From an uncultured Thioalkalispiraceae bacterium (GTDB taxonomy: Bacteria; Pseudomonadota; Gammaproteobacteria; UBA6429; Thiohalophilaceae): a DNA stretch of 35,286 bases. This document shows, one piece after another, positions 20,775 to 29,401 of this stretch (the first letter of the stretch is position 1; the number at the start of each line of letters is the position of its first letter). The translations under genes were made by a program, and so were the position numbers. The notes below the pieces were generated by a model. That model had not been told where the DNA came from, searched no databases, and saw only the letters and a list, made by a program, of their open reading frames with translations. The stretch lies in the NCBI GenBank assembly GCA_964472525.1, contig CAYYLL010000033.1, forward strand, positions 1 to 35,286, read 5' to 3'.

Positions 20775-21500
20775 ATGGCTGACATAAATAACAACATCAT
20801 TTATGACCCCATACATTTAACGGCCATATTGGCACGTTTAGAAAACAATCATTGCCAACTTGAAGTTAAAAAATTAAATCGTGACAATACCGTTCAGGCT
20901 CTGGGTATATCTGAAATACTTCAGATCAACCACAATAAAAATAATATCCTGTTCGACACACTCGAACACAACAACATTTCAAATGGTCAACAGATTAAGA
21001 TTTTTACAAAACATGACGGTATTGAAATGGATTTTACTGTCCACGTTACCGCATTAACAGAACGAAACCATTTAATTTATTTTAATACTCAAATCCCAAC
21101 CGAAATAGCCTACAAACAACGTCGGCTGCAATATCGTGTTGAACTACAAAACCTGTGGAAGATTCCGGTTACCCTACTCAATAAAGACAATCCATTAACA
21201 GCTTATATTTATAATATTTCAACAGGGGGGATCAATGTTCGCAGCGCAACGGATAACCTAAGCCAGATAAAACATGATGCCATCATCGATACATTGATAC
21301 AGCTACCCAACACAGAAAATATGCAATGCAAACTACAAGTGCGACAAACAAAATCAGATCAAACAACTGGGCTACAACAATTAGCTGGGCAATTCATTTG
21401 CCTTACCCCAAAACAGGAAAAAAGTATTCAGGCATTTGTAAATAGTGTTGAACGTAACAAGATAAAAACAACGACAACTCGACACGCTGAATACAATTAA
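20775..21500 (+). CDS. PilZ-domain protein, YcgR-like (c-di-GMP binding flagellar brake-type)
   Basis: RxxxR motif (QRRLQYRVE) and D/NxSxxG motif (YNISTGGINV) in C-terminal half; downstream of flgN. Confidence 0.65.
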   Translation: MADINNNIIYDPIHLTAILARLENNHCQLEVKKLNRDNTVQALGISEILQINHNKNNILFDTLEHNNISNGQQIKIFTKHDGIEMDFTVHVTALTERNHLIYFNTQIPTEIAYKQRRLQYRVELQNLWKIPVTLLNKDNPLTAYIYNISTGGINVRSATDNLSQIKHDAIIDTLIQLPNTENMQCKLQVRQTKSDQTTGLQQLAGQFICLTPKQEKSIQAFVNSVERNKIKTTTTRHAEYN

Positions 21501-21562
21501 AATACGGGCTAAAATAGCTACTTTCTAGTAAAAATTACTTAGTGACTCCATTTATATCGGGT

Positions 21563-21568
21563 TATAAT
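21563..21568 (+). promoter_or_regulatory. perfect TATAAT -10 hexamer 9 nt upstream of tRNA-Arg
   Basis: gggTTATAATccctagctt immediately before the tRNA 5' end; weak -35 (TAGTGA). Confidence 0.4.
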
Positions 21569-21577
21569 CCCTAGCTT

Positions 21578-21654
21578 GCCCCGGTAGCTCAGTTGGATAG
21601 AGCAGCCGCCTCCTAAGCGACAGGTCGGACGTTCGAATCGTCTTCGGGGCACCA
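21578..21654 (+). tRNA. tRNA-Arg (anticodon CCU), 77 nt with encoded CCA
   Basis: Cloverleaf read by eye: acceptor GCCCCGG/TCGGGGC, D-arm GCTC-AGTTGGATA-GAGC, anticodon arm GCCGC-CTCCTAA-GCGAC, T-arm GGACG-TTCGAAT-CGTCT, ACCA. Confidence 0.85.
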
Positions 21655-21656
21655 AC

Positions 21657-22463
21657 TTATTTTTTATCTTTCGCCTTATCCATAAAGCCAAATAAGGATT
21701 TCTTGTTTTTTTGCTCTGCTTCAAGTGCTTTTTGCTTTCGTTCCAACTCCAGCATTTCCATTTTACGGTGTAATGCCTCCCTTCTTACCTTTTGTTGCAG
21801 GCGTTGTCGGTCGTGATTCGATAAATCTAGTTTCATAAAGTTATGCGATTCTCGAATTAAGTATTTACCCATGTCATCAAAAAAATCATCTGTGATCTGC
21901 TCTGCCTGAACCGTTCTCTTTAACAAGCCTAAATCCTGAAAATTATTAAATTTAAGATGAATACATGAATTTTTCATATCACCTTCAATTAATATTGTTA
22001 TTTTTACTTTACTTTCAAGTTTAAACTTGGCAAATGAAATTTCGTGAGAGTCATCCCGATATTGCTGAGAGATGTATTGAAGTTTATGACGCTGCATATA
22101 TTCAATATGCTTTTCAATATTCTTTTTATTATCAACATCAAACTCAATAGAATCTTCATCGGTACAATAAAAAATCAGAATAATTTGTTTCATTTCTTCT
22201 GAGCTGTCTGTTGATATTTTATAACTGTTCTGGAAAAGATCCTTTTTTAGGCCCGATGCAGTTAACGTATAAGGTGCGGTAATCGTCGGTTTTACAAAAT
22301 TGAGATGTTCGACAAGCTCATTTAAATGTGTATAAATAGCGGTCATTGCCGGATGAATTTTTGTTTTATAAACGTCCTGTAACTCCGCTTGTTTGGCAGC
22401 ATCATCGTTTTGAGATTGCTTAAGTGCAGAGCTTTGTTTGCGTAAGTCGTCTAACAAACCCAT
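21657..22463 (-). CDS. hypothetical protein (268 aa) with lysine-rich coiled-coil C-terminus; stop codon 3 bp from tRNA-Arg 3' end
   Basis: ORF; no recognisable domain; convergent with and abutting the tRNA. Confidence 0.5.
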   Translation of the reverse strand: MGLLDDLRKQSSALKQSQNDDAAKQAELQDVYKTKIHPAMTAIYTHLNELVEHLNFVKPTITAPYTLTASGLKKDLFQNSYKISTDSSEEMKQIILIFYCTDEDSIEFDVDNKKNIEKHIEYMQRHKLQYISQQYRDDSHEISFAKFKLESKVKITILIEGDMKNSCIHLKFNNFQDLGLLKRTVQAEQITDDFFDDMGKYLIRESHNFMKLDLSNHDRQRLQQKVRREALHRKMEMLELERKQKALEAEQKNKKSLFGFMDKAKDKK

Positions 22464-22512
22464 AATAATTCATCCAGGATTATTTTTTGATTAAAGGGGT
22501 TAACGGTAAAAA

Positions 22513-23088
22513 TTATAATTTTTGAAGCGAATCTTTCCAGTTTTCGTTACTTGCTTCTTCTTTTAATAGAATTTTCATTCCATTGTTAGGGTTTTCCCAG
22601 CCCGTTTCCCCAATAACAGGTTCCAGTTCAAACCCCCACCAAATACCACTCGCATCTTGCACTATCCAGTTTAATTTACGAGAAACATTAGTAGCCCCTG
22701 ACTTTCCAGATTTATGCTGCTCTATTCTTTCGAGCAAATGTTGCATTTCACCACGGCTAATGGTCGTGGTTGGATCAAGTTCTTCGGTTAACGGTGCAGG
22801 CCTATCGCTAAAATAGGTAAGGGTTAATTTGCCCACCACCACCACATCATTATCCTTCAATATATGTGTTTTAATCGCATTGCCATTCACATAGGTGCCA
22901 TTGGTACTACTGCAATCTTTAATCTCAACAAATTTGCTTAACTGGTGAATTTCAGCGTGATGACTGCTAACGGTTGCATCGTCTAAACGAATATCATTAT
23001 CCGCATTTCGACCAATTTTTAAAACTTCGTGCGAAACATACATTTCGTCTAATTTATTATTGTTGTCTCGAATAGTTAGCTTATACAT
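22513..23088 (-). CDS. FHA-domain protein (191 aa) with uncharacterised C-terminal domain
   Basis: N-terminal FHA signature: LKIGRNADNDIRLDDATVSSHHAEI...STNGTYVNGNAI...DNDVVVVG. Confidence 0.65.
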   Translation of the reverse strand: MYKLTIRDNNNKLDEMYVSHEVLKIGRNADNDIRLDDATVSSHHAEIHQLSKFVEIKDCSSTNGTYVNGNAIKTHILKDNDVVVVGKLTLTYFSDRPAPLTEELDPTTTISRGEMQHLLERIEQHKSGKSGATNVSRKLNWIVQDASGIWWGFELEPVIGETGWENPNNGMKILLKEEASNENWKDSLQKL

Positions 23089-23419
23089 TGGGTCTATTTA
23101 TGATTGTAAATTTATCCTTGAGTATAACAGCTATTCTCTAAAGGAAAAGTGAAAATGCTACTGTAAGTAAATGATTAACTTATATTTATCGATTTTAGCA
23201 AATAAGTCAAACTAAAACATAAGAGTATAAAATCATCTGCTATTATCGAGTATTTATAATGGCCTGATATTTAAACTGATTATCGCCACCAATAAAGACT
23301 ATTTACAAATCACATCATAATAATAGAGTCTTTTGCATAGTATCAAACAACCAAGTACCACTCGACAAAACCTTAAAGTTAAAATTCCGGCATAAAAAAC
23401 CTGTGTTAACGGGTTTAAT

Positions 23420-23894
23420 TACTTAAATGGTGCGCCTAGAGCGATTTAAACACCCGACCGCCTAGTGCGTAGTCGTGCGGTCTAGGTAAATCCTGTCAAC
23501 TTTGTCACAAGTATTTACTCTAATAGACTGAATTTAAAGATTTTTATCATGATTGGATAATTATTGATAATTTCACTCCCCCTCCCCCTACACAACATCA
23601 AATATGGTTTGTCATGACACATATTTGCCATACGGGATTTCTATTACTTCTAGGATTTTGTGGTGGGCTTGAACGCAGGAGGCTCTGAGGTCAAGTGTAG
23701 CATCGCTTCGCTAGTGAAGGTTTTTACACTTTTCTAATTCGAAACAAACTCTATTAGCAGTTTATAATCGTAAATTGTATGTTTTACTGTTCGAGCTGTT
23801 CTAACTCACCTCATGTTTCAGCGTGTGAATATTTTAGCCCTTCCATTTCATCTGGGTCGAGTGGCGTAGCACCTTTGGGACAATTAAATTCCAC
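23420..23894 (-). pseudogene. decayed Fic-family 'mobile mystery protein B' remnant, read in three frames broken by stops
   Basis: Directly after mystery-protein-A stop: frame 1 ...KGATPLDPDEMEGLKYSHAET*, then shifted GELEQLEQ*, then NIQFTIINC*. No intact Fic HPFx(D/E)GNGR motif found downstream. Confidence 0.4.
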
Positions 23895-24359
23895 TTACTT
23901 TTCTTCCCATAAATCTCGTGGCATATCTCTAATCAAACGTTCCGTTTCAAACTCGATTTGCCGTTGTAACTGTTCGCTTGATAACTGCTGCGCTTCTAAT
24001 TTCATTTGTACATCTGTCTTATTCACCAGATTTTCCGCTTTTTGCTTTGCTCTATCACGAATCATACTGTCAACCGATTTTCTGGGCACCAGAGCGTAAA
24101 CTAGCTCGCAATCAAGCGCTTTAGCAACACGCCGTAGCTGCTTGAGTGTAATACGATCTTCCATTTCCATACGTTCCATTTGAGAAGCCTGTGACTTACT
24201 CACACCCAAGCGCGTAGCCAATTGAGGGCTACTCATCCCCAATGCTGTACGCAAAGTACGGATCCAACCCTCTTTCGGTGATTTTATTCTTTTAATATCA
24301 ATAAGTTGGTCAATTTTAGACCGATACTGATCTCTAATAATCTGCTTAATCATAATCAA
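23895..24359 (-). CDS. HTH (XRE-family) 'mobile mystery protein A'-type regulator
   Basis: HTH RTLRTALGMSSPQLATRLGVSKSQASQMER, size and architecture of the A partner of A/B (HTH/Fic) mobile modules. Confidence 0.6.
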   Translation of the reverse strand: MIMIKQIIRDQYRSKIDQLIDIKRIKSPKEGWIRTLRTALGMSSPQLATRLGVSKSQASQMERMEMEDRITLKQLRRVAKALDCELVYALVPRKSVDSMIRDRAKQKAENLVNKTDVQMKLEAQQLSSEQLQRQIEFETERLIRDMPRDLWEEK

Positions 24360-24425
24360 TTACCACATATATATGGCCAAGTAATCTATACACTACCATA
24401 TATATATAGCCTAAAATAATATAAT

Positions 24426-24446
24426 AGGCAATATTTATATTGCCTT
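24426..24446. promoter_or_regulatory. perfect palindrome AGGCAATAT-T-ATATTGCCT (9-bp arms) in promoter region of the HTH gene; candidate operator
   Basis: Seen directly; plus second inverted repeat ATATATATGG...CCATATATAT at 24366-24408 and hairpin GCCCAAGT-N7-ACTTGGGC at 24476-24498. Confidence 0.35.
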
Positions 24447-24575
24447 TATTTAAGGCTATTGTTAGTTTCCCTATGCCCAAGTACAGTGCACTTGGGCTTA
24501 TCAGACATATAAATTCTACCAATTACACGTATTTCAGCTTACCCTCCTTTAAATAGTATTTTTAGCTAAAATAGT

Positions 24576-24746
24576 ATGAGCATGATTAAACAACAAAATT
24601 TTGCTAAACATGATGCAGAAAAACAGCCCTTACGTGAACGTGATATTGCGGCTATAAAAAATGGTGCATCTGCAAAAGAAATGCGTAATCGTAACTTTAT
24701 GTTCTCAGGTTTAGACATGTCAAAAGTGGTTGCTATCGCTCCCTAA
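24576..24746 (+). CDS. small hypothetical ORF (57 aa, MSMIKQQNFAKHDAEKQPL...)
   Basis: Below ORF-table cutoff; weak SD; no similarity recognised. Confidence 0.2.
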   Translation: MSMIKQQNFAKHDAEKQPLRERDIAAIKNGASAKEMRNRNFMFSGLDMSKVVAIAP

Positions 24747-24791
24747 TGGGCATCGCTTCTCACATCCCAAATAAATCTCCATTTTCAATTA

Positions 24792-25177
24792 AGATCAATA
24801 ATGCTTATTCATCTTCTTATTGGATTGATGAACACGTTTGATAGCTTCTGCCCATAATGGACTACACAAAGGTCTAAATTTAGCTCGACTACTATCACTC
24901 CATTTAATTTCCATTACCTCGATAATTAAGGCATCTGGATATTTTTTCCAGTCCTCGCGTTTGCTATTTTTTATTTCAACATCAATCTCATTCCATTCCA
25001 GATGCGCACTCTTCTCTATAGAATTTAGTTTTCGGCGAAAAGTACGATTAACCCTTCACTTTCTTTTGCGCTATGCTTTACGTGAGCTTTTATCATTTTC
25101 TCCATACACATTTTTACGCTGATGGGTGTAATCTCTAATCTTATTTTCTTGTGGTGTTATTACTCTTTCCTGATTCA
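24792..25177 (-). pseudogene. frameshifted gene relic; ATG start (25175-25177) then three consecutive reading frames each closed by a stop
   Basis: Frames read MNQERVITPQENKIRDYTHQRKNVYGENDKSSRKA* / ...HSAKESEGLIVLFAEN* / ...LEWNEIDVEIKNSKREDWKKYPDALIIEVMEIKWSDSSRAKFRPLCSPLWAEAIKRVHQSNKKMNKHY*. Confidence 0.25.
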
Positions 25178-25189
25178 TAATTTTTCTAC

Positions 25190-25229
25190 TCGAAAACTTA
25201 AAAATAAAGCGGGGTAAAACTACCCCGCT
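25190..25229 (-). terminator. rho-independent terminator (9-bp GC-rich stem AGCGGGGTA/TACCCCGCT, loop AAAC, then T-run on minus strand) downstream of the mini-RtcB gene
   Basis: Seen directly. Confidence 0.6.
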
Positions 25230-25252
25230 CTATACGCACAATTAAGTCACGA

Positions 25253-25621
25253 TTACCCTCTAACACAAACAACACCTTCAGTTTGTGCCACCATATCATC
25301 AACACTAAAATGACGTTTTGCTTTGCCACGCCTCATTTTACGTCCAGCACCGTGTGAGCAAGAACAAAATGATTCCTTGTTCCCTTTTCCTTGCACAATA
25401 AAAGACTTGGCACCCATACTTCCTGGAATAATACCAATCTCATCAACACCAGCACGAATCGCCCCTTTACCAAAATACACATCTGGCATTGCCGCCACAT
25501 GGCTATAAATAATCGGCAATTGAGATATATTCAACAATTGTTGATACGCTTCATGCTCAATATCATCGGTATAGATTTTTACTGGCACTTTACCTTTTGT
25601 TATCTGTTTTAAAATTAGCAT
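25253..25621 (-). CDS. mini-RtcB: RtcB RNA-ligase derivative (122 aa) with two in-frame internal deletions; probably non-catalytic relic
   Basis: N-term KGKVPVKIYTDD...LPIIYSHVAAMPDVYFGKG matches RtcB N-terminus; then jumps to GIIPGSMGAKSFIVQGKGNKESFCSCSHGAGRKMRRGKAKRHFSVDD (GMP-histidine motif) and ends VVCVRG like RtcB C-terminus; the metal-binding core is missing. Confidence 0.7.
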   Translation of the reverse strand: MLILKQITKGKVPVKIYTDDIEHEAYQQLLNISQLPIIYSHVAAMPDVYFGKGAIRAGVDEIGIIPGSMGAKSFIVQGKGNKESFCSCSHGAGRKMRRGKAKRHFSVDDMVAQTEGVVCVRG

Positions 25622-25677
25622 AACACTACCCTACCTACTCTCTATAATAGTCATGACGATTAGTATCATCATGTTTT

Positions 25678-25860
25678 TTAGTTGCGAGGCAACAATTCTT
25701 GAAATCTACGGCCAGAGCCACAAACACAAGGATCGTTACGTCCCAACTTCTCTGTTAACTCTTTATTATTGTGAACAATCCGTTTACCATGTTTCACATT
25801 CGTTTCTGAGGGGTAACCATGACGACGTTTACTCATAATCTCAAAAGCAGACTTCCTCAT
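25678..25860 (-). CDS. small SEC-C-like Cys-motif protein (60 aa; ...[21 protein letters not shown])
   Basis: C-terminal NDPCxCGSG motif resembling SEC-C metal-binding motif; a strong SD+GTG (25895-25897) opens a different frame 35 nt upstream, so possible frameshift. Confidence 0.4.
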   Translation of the reverse strand: MRKSAFEIMSKRRHGYPSETNVKHGKRIVHNNKELTEKLGRNDPCVCGSGRRFQELLPRN

Positions 25861-25918
25861 AAATCTCGTAATCAGAAGTTTCTTTTCTAGTCTTGTGTTT
25901 CACAATACACCTCCTACA

Positions 25919-26872
25919 TTAAATTACTAAATTAAACCATTGAGGATCTGGTATTTTCTTATACAAACGGCAAAAGCCTTTATCTGACTGTAAAAATTCA
26001 GGTGCCTCAGATGTTTTCTTAAAACAAAAACGCTTTGGCAATTTTTCATAAAGCGATACAGGTGGTTTGGTATATGAAATACGCTTCACATTCGCACCTG
26101 TTTTCGAACTATGATAATGAATATTCGTAATACCTATTTCATTACGAATAAAATCTATCGTTGCTGCAAGCATCGCTTCAGACCAGATCGCTTTATACGG
26201 ACTCATAACATACTTACAGTAATGAATAACATCATCAATACTGCCATCTACACTCCACCATCTAACATGATTTGACTTCTTCTTTTTAGCTCGTTCAGCA
26301 TCACGTAATAAATCAGTACCTTCTCTTACCCAATCACTTTGTATTTCTTCAATTAATGCTTCATTGGTATCAAAGTCGATATCAATCCTTGACCAAGCCA
26401 AAGTTTCTCTAAAATATTCATTACTTTTTTGTTCATAAACCGGATGACAACTAGGATTAAGTAATTGTTCATATCCAGGCTTCACTAATTTTTTATAAAA
26501 AGCATCGTGTTTATTTGAGAAATTCAGTTGCAAAACAAGGTTAAAACCTTTTCTGGAAGTTTGCCCCCACGATGTATCTTTATAATCCCATTTTGATACG
26601 GTTAGAACAAAATCATGAATTTCACTTGGCCATATGTAATCGATAAAGTCCTTAGATACTTTCCCACCTCTGAATTTATCCAAATTCTCTTTGACAAAAG
26701 GTTTTTCCAACAAACCAGAAAATATTGATTTCTTAATATCAGAAATACGGTTTAGATCTTTATCTGTCATATATCCTAATAACATTAAAGCGTATCGGTC
26801 TTTAAAGTAACGAAATACCGTACGTTCTTTAGGCATGCAGTCTATAATTTCATTAACTAATTGTAGTTCCAC
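25919..26872 (-). CDS. hypothetical protein (317 aa), no recognisable domain
   Basis: ORF only. Confidence 0.5.
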   Translation of the reverse strand: MELQLVNEIIDCMPKERTVFRYFKDRYALMLLGYMTDKDLNRISDIKKSIFSGLLEKPFVKENLDKFRGGKVSKDFIDYIWPSEIHDFVLTVSKWDYKDTSWGQTSRKGFNLVLQLNFSNKHDAFYKKLVKPGYEQLLNPSCHPVYEQKSNEYFRETLAWSRIDIDFDTNEALIEEIQSDWVREGTDLLRDAERAKKKKSNHVRWWSVDGSIDDVIHYCKYVMSPYKAIWSEAMLAATIDFIRNEIGITNIHYHSSKTGANVKRISYTKPPVSLYEKLPKRFCFKKTSEAPEFLQSDKGFCRLYKKIPDPQWFNLVI

Positions 26873-26999
26873 TTCACACCTCCAATATTGAGTACCTTAA
26901 TAAACGATACCGGGTACCACACCCAACACCAAAATAATACTGATGTTGAATATGATACATAGCATCACCTCCCCGTACATATTCCAGCACTTTATGTAC

Positions 27000-28148
27000 T
27001 TATTCATGTAAATTGATTCTTACAGTATCTTTTACAATACCGTCTAAACCGCCGAACACAGTAAGCTTGTCTACTTTCTCTGTTATTTTTTCAAGAATTT
27101 CCAGTTCTTTCAAACGCATTAGCGTTGGGTTGTCGTCCATTAAACGCGCAGTGTTCAATAAAGAACGTGTTGCTGCTGTTTCTTCACGACGTTTGATAAC
27201 ATTTGCCTGTGCAATTTTTTCAGCCTCAACCACCTGGTTAAGGATGTCTTTCATATCACCAGGTAAAATGACATCTTTTACACCCACGCCACGTACCTTA
27301 ATACCAAACTCAGAAACCTTATCTTTAACTGTTTCAAAGATTACTTTGTCCAGTTCATCTTTATTCCCTAATAAAGTATCTAAAGTACGTGTACCAACGG
27401 CTTGACGTAATGCAAACTGTAATTCACGATAAACATAATCAGTAACATTCACTAACTTGTTACGCACAGCAATCGGATCAGTGACCTGATACTGAGCAGA
27501 CAAGTTCACACGCAGGCTAACTTTATCCTTAGTCAAAATTTCTTGACCTTGAACTTCCATCACTTGCATACGTAACTCAACTTGTTCCACTTTTACATTA
27601 CGGTTGAACTTCCAGTAAGCGTACAAACCAGGTTTTAATTTTTGCACAAGCTCACCATCAACAATCAGCAAACCAATATGGTTATCGGCCACTTCACTAA
27701 TTGTTAGGTAGTTAACAACTTCACGTGGCATTGCATCCATACGTGCATGTGCGATTAACCCAACAACGGCTTTTGGCACCATAAAGTCTTGTTCAATGTT
27801 TAGTGTTTCTACTTTTACATCAATCAAACCTTTCCAATACAACTGACGTGTAGCAGGTAGCAATACACCATTGAGTTTTCCATTCTTGTAAATCAGGCCC
27901 ACTTCATACTCACCCAACTCAATAAGCTGGAAGTATTTATCAACCAGTTCACGATTTTCTTTTACAAGAACATCGTTATAAGGATGATTAAACTCTGGTA
28001 CTGTCAAGTTATGAACCTCAACCGCTACACGACCAAATAGATCGAATCCACGGTAGATACCCGGTTCAAGAATCTTGACGACAGAACGATCTTTTAAATA
28101 AACACCACGTTCATGTTGTGCGATCACAATACGTTTTAATCCGAACAT
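27000..28148 (-). CDS. SPFH/band-7 (stomatin/HflC-like) domain protein without N-terminal transmembrane anchor
   Basis: C-terminal SPFH-like helical region (KDVILPGDMKDILNQVVEAEKIAQANVIKRREETAATRSLLNTARLM...LMRLKELEILEKI); start set at second ATG (MFGLKR...) which has GGAGAAGG SD. Confidence 0.55.
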   Translation of the reverse strand: MFGLKRIVIAQHERGVYLKDRSVVKILEPGIYRGFDLFGRVAVEVHNLTVPEFNHPYNDVLVKENRELVDKYFQLIELGEYEVGLIYKNGKLNGVLLPATRQLYWKGLIDVKVETLNIEQDFMVPKAVVGLIAHARMDAMPREVVNYLTISEVADNHIGLLIVDGELVQKLKPGLYAYWKFNRNVKVEQVELRMQVMEVQGQEILTKDKVSLRVNLSAQYQVTDPIAVRNKLVNVTDYVYRELQFALRQAVGTRTLDTLLGNKDELDKVIFETVKDKVSEFGIKVRGVGVKDVILPGDMKDILNQVVEAEKIAQANVIKRREETAATRSLLNTARLMDDNPTLMRLKELEILEKITEKVDKLTVFGGLDGIVKDTVRINLHE

Positions 28149-28503
28149 CACACCTTCTCCTTTCATTTAATTAAATATGAGAAATGCTCCACATCCAAAT
28201 TGCGGGACCATACTTGGTACCATCGTGTGTATTAAGCTGCTCCCAAGCTTGCTACGAATCTCACCCATAACACTAAAACGTTATTTATGAGATTCGCTCT
28301 CACTTGTTCGTAACTTAAACAGACCACAGTACATGTTGTATGTCGCAAGCAATCTTTATGCTGTGACATCGAATACACACTACAAAAATCGTTTGTGCAT
28401 TCAACTCACGGGAACATTTCCCGTTGCGATGAGTTACCCCATCAAATAAGCGGATTCGAACCGCAGGCTTTCGCCTTTTCCAAGAACAGCGTTAAAGGCT
28501 GTG

Positions 28504-28577
28504 TGCAAAAGAGAGGGAATTGAACCCTCGACAAATAGATTATCAGTCTATCGCTCTACCCAACTGAGCTATCTTCG
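28504..28577 (-). tRNA. tRNA-Ile(GAU)-like gene or pseudogene, no encoded CCA, bulged acceptor stem
   Basis: Minus strand: D-arm GCTC-AGTTGGGTA-GAGC, anticodon arm ATAGA-CTGATAA-TCTAT, T-arm GAGGG-TTCAATT-CCCTC are perfect; acceptor GCGAAGA/TCTTTTGC needs one bulge. Confidence 0.45.
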
Positions 28578-28726
28578 CTGGTGTTATTGAGTATTTAGTT
28601 GTTTTGTATACACCTTGCTATTTAAGCTTGAGTGCACAGGTCAGAGCTTAGAATCTGAACCGTTAAACAATTAAACGTATCTCAAAAACCTCTGAACGAC
28701 ATGTTTTAAACACATCATTACAATTC

Positions 28727-28759
28727 ATTTAAAAAGGTGGTGAGCGTTATGCCCACCAC
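28727..28759 (-). terminator. rho-independent terminator after HNH gene (GTGGTG-N11-CACCAC then CTTTTTA on minus strand)
   Basis: Seen directly. Confidence 0.5.
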
Positions 28760-28774
28760 AACATATGCAACATC

Positions 28775-29347
28775 TTATTGCGATATTGCATGACGGCGTT
28801 CTTTAGGGCATTGCACTTTCAAGAACGCCATTTGATCCGTCAATATGTGACGGTTATATAAAATTAACCACTCTGCATGGTTAGGTGCATAAGGCACCGC
28901 ATGTAAGTGCATTGTTGATTCACTCAACAATTTATCCGCTTTACGCTGATTACACACACGGCAAGCCGTTACCACATTTGTCCATACATCTTTCCCACCA
29001 CGTGATACAGGAATTACATGGTCACGTGTTAAATGGCGATCAACTAACATCGTTAAACAATACATACACGTATGTTGATCACGTCTAAACAATGCACGGT
29101 TAGTCAGCGATGAAACTTTTCCGCATGGTGCACGGCCAACTTCACCTTTTGCTGCCACGATAGAATGCACATCCATATAGGAACGTGTATTGCTCACACG
29201 GTTAATTCCACCGTAATAGCGCAATGGTTTATCACCTAATGTCCAGGCAACTTGATCTTTAGCATAAAGCAGTACCGCTTCTTGCCAATTAATCCATCCC
29301 ATTGGTTGCCCGCTGATATTGGTTCTTAAAATCAATGCGCTCATCAT
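28775..29347 (-). CDS. HNH endonuclease (zinc-finger HNH, homing-endonuclease-like)
   Basis: CxxC...DHVIPVSRGGKDVWTNVVTACRVCNQRK HNH/CxxC signature. Confidence 0.75.
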   Translation of the reverse strand: MMSALILRTNISGQPMGWINWQEAVLLYAKDQVAWTLGDKPLRYYGGINRVSNTRSYMDVHSIVAAKGEVGRAPCGKVSSLTNRALFRRDQHTCMYCLTMLVDRHLTRDHVIPVSRGGKDVWTNVVTACRVCNQRKADKLLSESTMHLHAVPYAPNHAEWLILYNRHILTDQMAFLKVQCPKERRHAISQ

Positions 29348-29401
29348 CTTATCTCCTACATTTCATCCATATTGCTTTAACAATTTGAAAGTATTTATAT
29401 T

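Noticed and set aside
21539-21724. 61-aa ORF on minus strand
   Set aside because: Lies across the tRNA-Arg gene; translation includes tRNA antisense; spurious.
23586-23602. C5-T-C5 tract as phase-variable homopolymer
   Set aside because: Runs of 5 are too short for slipped-strand switching; lies in decayed pseudogene.
23779-24099. 106-aa plus-strand ORF
   Set aside because: Antisense to mobile mystery protein A and the Fic remnant; Ser/Cys-rich low-complexity translation.
24838-25122. 94-aa plus-strand ORF
   Set aside because: Low-complexity translation antisense to the frameshifted relic; no SD.
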